Positions 12,658 to 21,979 of a stretch of 64,000 nt of DNA are shown in pieces (position 1 is the first letter of the stretch; each line of letters opens with the position of its first letter). Position numbers and translations under genes: made by a program. The notes beneath the pieces are model-generated. The model had not been told where the DNA came from and ran no database searches. It was given only the letters and a program-made list of their open reading frames with translations. This DNA comes from an uncultured Candidatus Binatia bacterium (GTDB taxonomy: Bacteria; Desulfobacterota; Binatia; UBA9968; JAJDTQ01). The stretch is taken from contig OZ219754.1 of assembly GCA_964291295.2 (NCBI GenBank), positions 1,568,001 through 1,632,000 of the forward strand. Reading direction: 5' to 3'.

Positions 12658-13932
12658 ATGTTCGAAAAAACGCTGCTTGACAACGGCATCCGGATTCTGA
12701 CGGAACAGCGCACCGGGACCCGGGCGGTGAGCCTCGGCATCTGGGTGGAGAACGGCTCTCGCCACGAGGAACGGCGCCAGGGCGGCATGTCGCACTTCGT
12801 CGAACACCTTCTTTTCAAGGGGACGGAGCGGCGCAGTCCGCAGCAGATCGCCGAGGAGATGGACTCCGTCGGCGGCGTCATCAACGCCTTCACCGGCAAG
12901 GAATCCACCTGCTACTACGCCAAGGTGGTGGACGAGCACCTGCCGCTGGCCATCGACGTCCTGAGGGACATCTTTCTCAACTCGGTGTTCGATCCGGACG
13001 AGATCGAGCGTGAACGCACCGTGATCCTGCAGGAGATCGCCTCGGCCGACGAGAATCCCGAGGATTTCGTCCATGACCTTTTCAGCCGCGACCATTTCGG
13101 CGACCATCCGCTGGGCCGGCCGGTATGCGGGGATGTGGACACGGTGTCCGGGTTCACCCGGGATGATCTGACCGGGTTCGTGGCCGAGCGCTACCTTCCC
13201 GGCCGGGTTCTCATCGCGGGTGCCGGCAACCTTTCCCACGCCGAGCTGGTGGACGCGGTGGCCGGAGAGTTCGGCGGCCTCCCGGCCCGGCCCCTGGTGA
13301 ACGGCGACGTTGCGCCGGAGATTCGCCACGGGCTGTTCGTCCACCCGCGCGAGCTGGGGCAGGTGCACATCTGCCTGGGTGTGCCGGCGCTGCCCCAGGG
13401 CGACCCCCGGCACTACACGGCCCATGTGCTCAACGCGCTCCTGGGCGGCGGCATGAGTTCGCGTCTCTTCCAGGAGATACGGGAGCGGCGCGGCCGGGCC
13501 TATGCGGTCTATTCCTTCCTGTCGGGCTACCGCGACGTCGGCTATCTTGGCGTCTACGTCGGCACCAGGGCGGAATGGACACGGGAGGTCATCGAGCTCG
13601 CGGTGGAGGAGATGGCCAAGGTGGCCGGCGGGCAGGTCACCGAAGCGGAGCTGGAGCGGGCCCGGAACCAGCTCATCGGCAACACCCTGCTGGGTCTCGA
13701 GTCCGCGGATTCCTGGATGAGCCACATGGCCCGGAGCGAGATGTGCCACGGCAGGCAGATGTCGGCGGAGGAGATCACCCGGGGCTTCCGTGACGTCACC
13801 CTTGACGCTGCCACCGCCCTTGCCGGCGAGTTCTTCGTGCCCGGAGCCATGACCGCCACCCTGCTGGGCGATCTTGAGGGGCACAGCGTCGAGGGGCTGC
13901 CGTTCGGCACCTCCGCCGCCGCGAACCACTGA
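12658..13932 (+). CDS. M16 (pitrilysin-family) zinc peptidase
   Basis: Inverted zinc motif HFVEH, NAFTGKE, LGGGMSSRLFQEIRE; usual position after pnp. Confidence 0.93.
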   Translation: MFEKTLLDNGIRILTEQRTGTRAVSLGIWVENGSRHEERRQGGMSHFVEHLLFKGTERRSPQQIAEEMDSVGGVINAFTGKESTCYYAKVVDEHLPLAIDVLRDIFLNSVFDPDEIERERTVILQEIASADENPEDFVHDLFSRDHFGDHPLGRPVCGDVDTVSGFTRDDLTGFVAERYLPGRVLIAGAGNLSHAELVDAVAGEFGGLPARPLVNGDVAPEIRHGLFVHPRELGQVHICLGVPALPQGDPRHYTAHVLNALLGGGMSSRLFQEIRERRGRAYAVYSFLSGYRDVGYLGVYVGTRAEWTREVIELAVEEMAKVAGGQVTEAELERARNQLIGNTLLGLESADSWMSHMARSEMCHGRQMSAEEITRGFRDVTLDAATALAGEFFVPGAMTATLLGDLEGHSVEGLPFGTSAAANH

Positions 13933-14041
13933 CAGGCGCCTCTCCCTTCGGAGACCGACAGAGACCCGCTTCCGCCGGGGAGCGGGCGGCCGAAGGCCGG
14001 ACAGAGGACGGCGCACGAAGGCTCACATGGCCGAGGCTCAC

Positions 14042-14494
14042 ATGGCCGAAGTCAAGGTCCGGATCAAGCGGGTGCGGCACGGCAGGGAGGCTGTTCCGCT
14101 GCCCCGTTACATGACCGCGGGCTCGGCGGGCATGGATCTGGCCGCCGCGGCGGCGGCGGATGTGGTGCTGGCGCCGCTGGAGCGGGCGCTCATACCCGCG
14201 GGCATCGCCTTGGCCCTGCCCGCCGGCTTCGAAGCCCAGATCCGGCCCCGGAGCGGAGCCGCGTGGGATCAGGGCCTCACCTTGGTGAACAGCCCCGGCA
14301 CCATCGACTCGGACTACCGGGGCGAGGTCCATCTGTTTGTCATCAACCTGGGCTCCGAGACGGTGACCATCCGTCCCGGTGACCGTATCGCGCAGCTGCT
14401 GGTGCAGCGCATCCCGCGGGTGTGCTGGGAAGAGGTGGACAAGCTGCCGGCGTCCAAAAGGGGTAATGGCGGCCTCGGCCACACCTCCAAGTGA
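14042..14494 (+). CDS. dut: dUTP diphosphatase
   Basis: SAGMDL, IRPRSG, NSPGTIDSDYRGE, RGNGGLGHT. A 15-bp duplication gives two in-frame ATGs (14027, 14042). Confidence 0.95.
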   Translation: MAEVKVRIKRVRHGREAVPLPRYMTAGSAGMDLAAAAAADVVLAPLERALIPAGIALALPAGFEAQIRPRSGAAWDQGLTLVNSPGTIDSDYRGEVHLFVINLGSETVTIRPGDRIAQLLVQRIPRVCWEEVDKLPASKRGNGGLGHTSK

Positions 14495-14495
14495 C

Positions 14496-15806
14496 ATGAT
14501 CGAACGCTACACACGCCCTGCGATGGCGCGGATCTGGTCCGAGGAGAACCGCTTCGCCAAGTGGCTCGAGATCGAGATCCTGGCCACGGAAGCCTTGGCG
14601 GGCATGGGCAAGGCGCCGCAGGACGCCCCCGCGCGTATCCGGCGGAATGCCCGCATCGACGTGGGGCGGATCCGCGAGATCGAGCGCGAGGTCCATCACG
14701 AAGTCATCGCGTTCCTGCGCTGCCTGGCCGAGTCCATCGGCGACGATTCCCGTTTCGTGCATGTGGGCATGACGTCGTCGGACGTCATGGACACCGGATT
14801 CTCGCTGCAGCTCAAGGATGCCAGCGGGCTCGTGCTGGACGGTGTGAAGGCGCTCCTGTCGGTGCTGCGGGAGCAGGCGTTCCGCTACAAGGACACGGCG
14901 ATGATGGGCCGCACCCACGGCATCCATGCCGAGCCCATCACGTTTGGCCTGAAGCTGGCGCTGTGGCACGAGGAGATGCGCCGGAATCTGGCGCGGCTGG
15001 AGGGCGCCGCCGGCGAGATCCGTTGCGGCATCGTCTCCGGTGCCGTGGGGACCTATGCGCAGATTCCGCCGGAGGTCGAGGCCCATGTGTGCGAGGCCGC
15101 GGGGCTCACCCCGGAACCGGTGTCGAACCAGATCGTTCAGCGTGACCGCCACGCCTACTTTTTCGGCGTCCTGGCGGTGCTGGCCAGTTCCATCGAGAAG
15201 TTCGCGGTGGAGATCCGCCACCTTCAGCGCACCGAGGTGCTCGAAGCCGAGGAGCCGTTCGCGGCTGCCCAGATGGGCTCGTCGGCCATGCCCCACAAGC
15301 GCAATCCGATCCTCACCGAGAATGTCTGCGGTCTGGCCCGGCTGGTGCGGGCCTACTCGGTCTCGGCCCTGGAGAACGTCGCCCTGTGGCACGAGCGGGA
15401 CATCAGCCACTCGTCGGTGGAGCGGGTCATCGGACCGGACGCCACCATCCTCGTGGACTTCATGCTCCACCGGGTGACTCACGTGATCGCCAACCTCTGC
15501 GTCTATCCCGAGAACATGGAGCGCAACCTGGCGTTGAGCGGCGGCGCGGTGTTCTCGCAGGCGGTTCTCCTGCGTCTGGTGGAGAGGGGCCTGTCCCGGG
15601 ACGAGGCCTACAAGGTCGTGCAACGACACGGACTGGTGGCCGCCAAGGAGGGGAAGGACCTCAGGCGGCAACTGCTCGACGATCCGCAGGTGACGGCGCA
15701 CGTGACCGCGGCAGATCTCGACGGCATCTGGAATCTCAAGGACTGTCTCAGGTACGTGGACACGATATTCGAACGGGTTTTCGGCAAGACGCGACCGCCC
15801 GGCTGA
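14496..15806 (+). CDS. purB: Adenylosuccinate lyase
   Basis: MIERYTRP start, GRTHGIHAEP, SSAMPHKRNP signature. Confidence 0.97.
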   Translation: MIERYTRPAMARIWSEENRFAKWLEIEILATEALAGMGKAPQDAPARIRRNARIDVGRIREIEREVHHEVIAFLRCLAESIGDDSRFVHVGMTSSDVMDTGFSLQLKDASGLVLDGVKALLSVLREQAFRYKDTAMMGRTHGIHAEPITFGLKLALWHEEMRRNLARLEGAAGEIRCGIVSGAVGTYAQIPPEVEAHVCEAAGLTPEPVSNQIVQRDRHAYFFGVLAVLASSIEKFAVEIRHLQRTEVLEAEEPFAAAQMGSSAMPHKRNPILTENVCGLARLVRAYSVSALENVALWHERDISHSSVERVIGPDATILVDFMLHRVTHVIANLCVYPENMERNLALSGGAVFSQAVLLRLVERGLSRDEAYKVVQRHGLVAAKEGKDLRRQLLDDPQVTAHVTAADLDGIWNLKDCLRYVDTIFERVFGKTRPPG

Positions 15807-15847
15807 ACCGGATGGGGACAGGCGCCCGCAAGCACACGAGGAGAGTC

Positions 15848-16561
15848 ATGGAAAAGCGCGATTTCATGTATGAGGGCAAGGCGAAGAAGCTCTACGCCAC
15901 CGACGATCCCGGCAGGATGATCCAGTATTTCAAGGACGACGCCAGCGCCTTCAACAAGAAGAAGCTGGGCACCGTGACGTCCAAGGGCGTCATCAACAAC
16001 GCCATCTCCGAGGTGCTGTTCAGACACCTGGAAGACAACGGCGTGCCGACCCATTTCCTGGAGCGTCTCGATGACCGGGAGATGCTGGTCCACAAGCTGG
16101 ACATGCTGCCCATCGAGGTCATCATCCGGAACATCGTGGCCGGCAGCATGGCCAAACGGCTCGGGCTGGAGGAAGGGCAGTCGCTCTCCACCACCATTCT
16201 TGAGTTCTGCTACAAGTGCGACGAACTGGATGACCCGATCATCAACGACTACCACATCCTGGCTCTGGGCTACGCCACCGCCGGAGAACTGGAGGAGATC
16301 AAGCGTCTCTCCTTTCGCATCAACGAACTGATGACGGCGTTCTTCGACGAGCGGGACCTGATCCTGGTGGACTTCAAGCTTGAGTTCGGCAAGCGTGAAG
16401 GCAAGGTCGTCCTCGCCGACGAGATCTGCCCGGACACCTGCCGTTTCTGGCAGAAGGGCTCCCTCGAAAAGATGGACAAGGACCGTTTCCGCCGGGACCT
16501 GGGCGGTGTCGAGGAAGCCTACCAGGAAGTCTGCCGCCGGGTGACCGGCGGCCAGGGTTGA
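15848..16561 (+). CDS. purC: SAICAR synthase
   Basis: YEGKAKKLY, LVDFKLEFG, LADEICPDTCRFW, DKDRFRRDLG. Confidence 0.97.
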   Translation: MEKRDFMYEGKAKKLYATDDPGRMIQYFKDDASAFNKKKLGTVTSKGVINNAISEVLFRHLEDNGVPTHFLERLDDREMLVHKLDMLPIEVIIRNIVAGSMAKRLGLEEGQSLSTTILEFCYKCDELDDPIINDYHILALGYATAGELEEIKRLSFRINELMTAFFDERDLILVDFKLEFGKREGKVVLADEICPDTCRFWQKGSLEKMDKDRFRRDLGGVEEAYQEVCRRVTGGQG

Positions 16562-16815
16562 CCTTGCGCGTCAAGGTCTTCGTGACCCTCAGGGAGGGGG
16601 TGCTGGACCCCCAGGGGAAGGCGGTCCGGAACTCGCTGCACAGCCTCGGCTTCGCCGCGGTGCGGGACGTGCGCGTGGGCAAGTATCTGGAACTCCAGCT
16701 TGATGTGGCCGCGGCCGGGGACGCCGAGCGGCAGGTCCGCCGGATGTGCGACACGCTCCTCGCCAACCCCGTCATCGAAGACTACCGCTTCGAGATCGCG
16801 GAAGTCGCGGAATAG
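16558..16815 (+). CDS. purS: FGAM synthase subunit PurS
   Basis: VLDPQGKAV...LLANPVIEDY. Confidence 0.96.
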   Translation: MTLRVKVFVTLREGVLDPQGKAVRNSLHSLGFAAVRDVRVGKYLELQLDVAAAGDAERQVRRMCDTLLANPVIEDYRFEIAEVAE

Positions 16816-16818
16816 CCC

Positions 16819-17523
16819 ATGCGTTGGGGAGTGACGGTCTTTCCCGGCTCCTGCGACGACGACGATGTCGTCCACTGCCTGCGCCACGTCCTCGGCCATG
16901 ATGTCCGCACCCTGTGGCACAAGGAGCCGTTCCCTGGCGGCTGTGACGGCGTGGTGCTGCCCGGGGGCTTTTCCTACGGCGACTACCTGCGGGCCGGCGC
17001 CATGGCCCGGTTCTCGCCGGTCATGGGCGGCATTGTCGAGTTCGCCGCGTCCGGCGGCCTGGTGCTGGGCATCTGCAACGGCTTTCAGATCCTCTGTGAG
17101 TCCGGGCTGTTGCCCGGAACCCTGATGCGCAACGCCTCCCTTCGGTTCGTGTGCCGGCGGGTATTCGTGCGGGTGGAGAACAACCGCTCCCCGTTCACGC
17201 GGCTGGCCAGACCCGGTGAACTGCTGGAGATGCCGGTCAAGCACGGCCAGGGCCGCTACCATGCCGACGCCGCGACCCTGAAGCGGCTCGACGACGACGG
17301 ACGGGTGCTGCTGCGGTACGCGGACGCGGCGGGCCAGGTCTCGGCCGCGGCCAATCCCAACGGCTCGCTGGACGGCATCGCCGGAATCTGCAATCCGGGG
17401 CGCAACGTGTTCGGCCTGATGCCCCATCCCGAGGACGCCGCCGAAGCCGTGCTCGGAGGGGTGAGCGGCCTCAGGATCTTCTCGTCCATGGCCGCCGAGG
17501 CCGGGTGCGGGAGCGGCGTGTGA
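16819..17523 (+). CDS. purQ: FGAM synthase glutaminase subunit PurQ
   Basis: [28 protein letters not shown]. Confidence 0.97.
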   Translation: MRWGVTVFPGSCDDDDVVHCLRHVLGHDVRTLWHKEPFPGGCDGVVLPGGFSYGDYLRAGAMARFSPVMGGIVEFAASGGLVLGICNGFQILCESGLLPGTLMRNASLRFVCRRVFVRVENNRSPFTRLARPGELLEMPVKHGQGRYHADAATLKRLDDDGRVLLRYADAAGQVSAAANPNGSLDGIAGICNPGRNVFGLMPHPEDAAEAVLGGVSGLRIFSSMAAEAGCGSGV

Positions 17524-19736
17524 AGGGTGCCGCCGGAACCGGTCCCGTGACCGCCGGGGCGGTGCGCGCCCACGGCCTGACCGAGCAGGAGTACGGTCTT
17601 GTCCGCGGGCTCCTGGGCCGGGAGCCGAATCTGACCGAGCTGGGCGTCTTCTCGGTCATGTGGTCCGAGCATTGCAGCTACAAGAGTTCGCGGAAGCACC
17701 TGAAGCAGCTCCCGACCCGGGGGGCGCGGGTGATCCACGGACCCGGCGAGAACGCCGGCGTCATGGACATCGGCGACGGCATGGCCGTGGTGTTCAAGAT
17801 AGAGAGTCACAACCATCCCTCCTGCATCGAGCCGTATCAGGGCGCGGCGACCGGCGTCGGCGGCATCCTGCGCGACATCTTCACCATGGGCGCGCGCCCC
17901 ATCGCGAGCCTCGACTCGCTCCGGTTCGGCGCGGTCCGGCATCCCCGGACCCGCTACCTGGTAAACGGGGTGGTGGGCGGCATCGGCGGTTACGGCAACT
18001 GCATCGGCGTGCCCACCGTAGGCGGGGACATGGGCTTCGACGAGTGCTACGACGCCAACATCCTGGTGAACGCGTTCACCCTTGGCCTCGTCCGGCGGGA
18101 CCGGATCTTCACCGGCAAGGCCAGCGGCGCCGGCAACCCGGTGGTGTACGTGGGCTCCCGGACGGGACGCGACGGGGTTCACGGCGCCACCATGGCGTCG
18201 GAGTCCTTTTCCGGCGACTCGGAGCAGCGCCGGCCGACCGTGCAGGTGGGCGACCCCTTTACCGGGAAGCTCCTGCTGGAAGCCTGTCTGGAACTCATGC
18301 GGACCGACGCCATCGTGGGCATCCAGGACATGGGGGCGGCCGGTCTTACCAGTTCGGCGGTGGAGATGGCCGGGCGCGCGGGCTCCGGCGTGGAGTTGGA
18401 GCTGGACCGCGTTCCGCTGCGGGAGCGGGGCATGACCCCCTGCGAGATTCTGCTGTCCGAGTCCCAGGAGCGCATGCTGCTGGTGGCGCATCCGGAATCG
18501 GTGGACCGGGTGCAGGCCATTTTCCGGCGCTGGGATCTGGACGCGGTGGTGGTGGGCAAGGTCATCGAAGAGCCGGTGTTCCGGGTGCTTTCGGAGGGCC
18601 GCGAGGTGGTCTCCATCCCGGTGGCGGCGCTGACCGACGCCGTGCCGACTTGGGACCGGCCTGCGGCTCGGCCGGCCCGTCAGGACGACCTGCAGCGCCT
18701 GGACGAAGCCGCCCTGCCGCAACCCGCGAACATGGTCCGGGTGTTGGAGCAGTTGCTGGAGTCTCCCAACATCGCGTCGAGGGAATGGGTCTACCGGCAA
18801 TACGACCACTACGTGCGCGGCAACACCGTGGTGGCACCCGGCGCCGACGCCGCCGTGATCCGGATCAAGGGCACCTCCCGGGGGCTTGCCCTGACGGTGG
18901 ACGGCAACGCCCGGTACTGCTACCTGGACCCCCATGCGGGGGGCCGGGCCGCGGTGGCCGAAGCCGCCCGGAACCTGTCCTGCGTCGGTGCGGCGCCCCT
19001 GGGCCTCACGGACTGCCTCAATTTCGGCAACCCCGAGCGGGAAGACGTGATGTGGCAGTTCTCCCAGGCCATCCTCGGCATGCGCGAGGCGTGCGCGGCC
19101 CTGGAGATTCCGGTGGTGAGCGGCAACGTCAGCTTCTACAACGAGACCGACGGGGTGTCCATCCATCCCACGCCCACGGTGGCCATGGTGGGCCTGCTGG
19201 ACAACGTCGCGCGCATCGCCACGCCGTGGTTCAAGGAAGAGGGCGACCGGGTGGTGCTGCTGGGGTCGGACGCCGGCGTGTTGGGTGGTTCCGAGTACCT
19301 CAAGAGGGTCCACCATCAAGTGGCGGGGAAGCCGCCGCCGGTGGACCTGGCGCTGGAACGGGGCGTCCAGAAGACCTGCCGCGCGGCCGTGGAGGCGGGT
19401 CTGCTCTCCTCGGCCCACGACGTCTCGGAAGGGGGGCTTGCCGTGGCCTTGGCCGAGGCGTGCTTCGGCGACCCGGCCATCGGCGCGGTCATCGAGCTGG
19501 AGCGGGACGGCCGCCCGGATGCGCTTCTTTTCGGTGAGTCCCACTCGCGGATCGTGGTATCGTTGAAGGAGAAGGACTGCCGCCGGCTCCGGGAACTGGC
19601 ATCCGCAGAAGGGGTGCCGGCGGTGCCCATCGGCCGGGTGGGCGGCTCCCGGCTCGTCATCGGCGACCTGGTGCGGGCGCCGGTGGAGCGGCTCCGCAAT
19701 CTCTGGTCGACGGCTCTGGAACGGTACGTGGGGTGA
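17520..19736 (+). CDS. purL: FGAM synthase subunit PurL (small form)
   Basis: [49 protein letters not shown]. Start GTG 17520 (GTG 17505 is possible). Confidence 0.97.
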   Translation: MKGAAGTGPVTAGAVRAHGLTEQEYGLVRGLLGREPNLTELGVFSVMWSEHCSYKSSRKHLKQLPTRGARVIHGPGENAGVMDIGDGMAVVFKIESHNHPSCIEPYQGAATGVGGILRDIFTMGARPIASLDSLRFGAVRHPRTRYLVNGVVGGIGGYGNCIGVPTVGGDMGFDECYDANILVNAFTLGLVRRDRIFTGKASGAGNPVVYVGSRTGRDGVHGATMASESFSGDSEQRRPTVQVGDPFTGKLLLEACLELMRTDAIVGIQDMGAAGLTSSAVEMAGRAGSGVELELDRVPLRERGMTPCEILLSESQERMLLVAHPESVDRVQAIFRRWDLDAVVVGKVIEEPVFRVLSEGREVVSIPVAALTDAVPTWDRPAARPARQDDLQRLDEAALPQPANMVRVLEQLLESPNIASREWVYRQYDHYVRGNTVVAPGADAAVIRIKGTSRGLALTVDGNARYCYLDPHAGGRAAVAEAARNLSCVGAAPLGLTDCLNFGNPEREDVMWQFSQAILGMREACAALEIPVVSGNVSFYNETDGVSIHPTPTVAMVGLLDNVARIATPWFKEEGDRVVLLGSDAGVLGGSEYLKRVHHQVAGKPPPVDLALERGVQKTCRAAVEAGLLSSAHDVSEGGLAVALAEACFGDPAIGAVIELERDGRPDALLFGESHSRIVVSLKEKDCRRLRELASAEGVPAVPIGRVGGSRLVIGDLVRAPVERLRNLWSTALERYVG

Positions 19737-21778
19737 ACAGGCGAAAACGGCATGGGATGGGGCAGGCATGAAGGTGTCGGACACAAATCATGAGGGCGAT
19801 TGTTTCATCTTGTGTCTGGAGATGTACCATGATGAATCGGGGCCTGTTCGAAGACAAATCGGAGCGCAAGCGTTCGGGCGCAAAAGTACTATGTGGGGAT
19901 GCTCTGGATATTCTGGGGGGGTCCCATCGTCTTCGATTGATTGCTGTGTAACATCACCACCCTACTGGGGGCAGAGAGAGTACAGCAACGGCGGCATTGG
20001 ACTGGAAGCGACGCCGGAGGCGTATATCAATCGTCTTTGTGCGGTTATTTCTGAAATCAGGCGCGTACTGACTCCGGCTGGCTCCTTCCGGCTCAACATC
20101 GGTGACGCCTATCGGGACAAATCTCTTGTCGGACTACCATGGCGCGCCGCAATAAAGCTCATGGACGAACAAGAGTGGATACTGAGAAATGACGTCATCC
20201 GGCACAAAGTGAAAGGCGCACCAGACAACTCAAAAGACAAGCTCAGACACGTCTACGAAGATATATTCCACTTTGTCCTTCGCAAGGACTACTACTATGA
20301 CGTCGATGCCATACGCGCAAAGCCTCGTAGTGCCCGCGTTCGGAACGGGGCCGTGGTATCGGCAACGGGTGTATCAGGAGTACGGTACAAGAGACAGATA
20401 GAGTTAGCCGCGGCCCTGACGGATTCGGAGAAAAAACCGCGCTATCATCGCTGGGTGCGATTCTGCCGGATGTGGCGACCGGGCAAGTATCAGACTTTCG
20501 CATGATCATTCGCGGCCAGCAGCGGACGACACATTCGGACAGCGAAAAGCTGTCTGGGCGGGCCAAGGAGTTGCGGGACAAGGGTTTCTACTTTCTCAAG
20601 TATCACCCGAAGGGAACCAAGCCCTCCGACGTGTGGGACATCATTCCGGAGGACACGCAAAACCGAATCGGTCATTTCGCGCCGTACCCCGAAGACCTTT
20701 GTCGGATTCCCATTGTCTCGACATGTCCTCCGGGAGGCGTTGTACTGGATCCGTTTTGCGGCACGGGTACCACGCTTGCCGTCGCCAGCGGCCTCGGCAG
20801 AAGGGGCATCGGTATCGACATTTCTCCCGAGTACGTGGTGATGACCCAAGACCGTATTGGTTCGCTGTCGTGAATAGAGTCGTCGATCTCTTCGGCTCTG
20901 ACGTTGCCACCCGTCATCCCCTGGACTGGAAGCGTATCGTTGCAGAGCAACAGTGCCCATTCGCAGGAAAGAAATGCTTCAAGGTTCGCAAGTCGCAACC
21001 GCACCTATCCATCGGTACGTGTACAATGCGGCACGGACACGATTCTACTCCGATCATGATCTGCCCGAACCGCCTTCTTGAGAGGCAACGGATTCTCGTG
21101 GACTGCCTTCATCTCCTTCAAGGTCATGCGCCCGGCAACGAATTGCACAGGGTATCTGAAGTGAGTGTTCCAGGTGGCAGCGTGGACTACTTCCTTGTGT
21201 CTGTTTTGGAGGGGAGAGGAAGGGACTTCGTTGGAATCGAACTTCAAACATTGGATACGACTGGAACCGTTTGGCCGGAACGTCAAAGGCTGCTTCAAGG
21301 GTTGGGGTTCGATGTGGAAGACGCCGACGTTTCCTCAAGAAAGCCTTGCGGCATGAATTGGAAGATGACGGCCAAGACCATTCTCGTGCAACTTCATCAC
21401 AAAGCGCGGACATTCGAGAATCTGAACAGACATCTTGTTCTGGTTGTTCAAGACCGACTCCTCCACCATATGAAGAGAGAGTTCAACTTCGAGCACCTGA
21501 GCATCGCCCGAAACGTGGACCCGATGCACTTTCATTCCTACAGGTTGTCCCGGAGGGCGCATGGCCACCGCATCGCGTTGGCAGAGCGTTATAGTACGAA
21601 CACGGAAGGGATTGCTGTTTGTTTGGGTCTTCAGGCCGAGGCCGAGGTAGAGCTTTCGGCGATGGTGGCGGCCATCGAGGCGAGGATTTCGGATGCCACT
21701 TCGTTCACTGTTTCCGGACAAGCCGATTTCGGTCGTAGCGTGCAGGGCGAACAGGCGGTGGAGCGGCACGGGTGGGGA
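19724..21778. mobile_element. Small horizontally acquired RM cassette between purL and purF, bounded by a degenerate direct repeat
   Basis: Visibly more A/T-rich with different codon endings than the flanks. Left end GGGTGAACAGGCG-AAAACGGCATGGGATGGGG resembles right end GGGCGAACAGGCG-GTGGAGCGGCACGGGTGGGG. No mobility gene inside. Confidence 0.65.
19829..20873 (+). pseudogene. Beta-class N4-C/N6-A DNA methyltransferase split over three frames
   Basis: ATG 19829 (after GGAG) reads MMNRGLFEDKSERKRSGAKVLCGDALDILGG up to G7 (19915-19921). The next frame reads VPSSSIDCCVTSPPYWG (motif IV) up to A6 (20431-20436). The third frame reads TALSSLGAILPDVATGQVSDFR...VLDPFCGTGTT...GIDIS (motif I). Confidence 0.85.
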
Positions 21779-21979
21779 ACCGGCCGGGCGGAGCGCGAAG
21801 TTGTGATAGAGTCGGGAAAGGGGATACCGGGCCGCGTCCGGAGCCGTCCGTTGATTCGTGATGAGGAGGAATGGGGAGGAACATATGGATTCCGGCAGAT
21901 CGCTGAAACAGATGGAATTTCGATGAGAATGCGGCAGGGCGACGGTGCAAACGAGTGGCATCGACGGTGCCCGGGGTGA
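20870..21979 (+). CDS. NotI-family restriction endonuclease, with an apparent read-through C-terminal extension
   Basis: GTG 20870 overlaps the MTase stop. CPF..KKC / GTCT / ICPNR Cys set, SVDYFLV...GIELQTLDTTG and MNWKMTAKTILVQLHHK, recalled as NotI-family hallmarks. Confidence 0.75.
   Translation: MNRVVDLFGSDVATRHPLDWKRIVAEQQCPFAGKKCFKVRKSQPHLSIGTCTMRHGHDSTPIMICPNRLLERQRILVDCLHLLQGHAPGNELHRVSEVSVPGGSVDYFLVSVLEGRGRDFVGIELQTLDTTGTVWPERQRLLQGLGFDVEDADVSSRKPCGMNWKMTAKTILVQLHHKARTFENLNRHLVLVVQDRLLHHMKREFNFEHLSIARNVDPMHFHSYRLSRRAHGHRIALAERYSTNTEGIAVCLGLQAEAEVELSAMVAAIEARISDATSFTVSGQADFGRSVQGEQAVERHGWGTGRAEREVVIESGKGIPGRVRSRPLIRDEEEWGGTYGFRQIAETDGISMRMRQGDGANEWHRRCPG

Noticed and set aside
13928-14000. 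Hammerhead-like ribozyme in the multi-hairpin spacer
   Set aside because: The CUGANGA and GAAA core is not present.
19768-19828. ORF-track start of the methyltransferase at 19768
   Set aside because: The translation before the G7 tract is not MTase-like; the alternative frame from 19829 gives the expected CGDALDIL segment and has an RBS.
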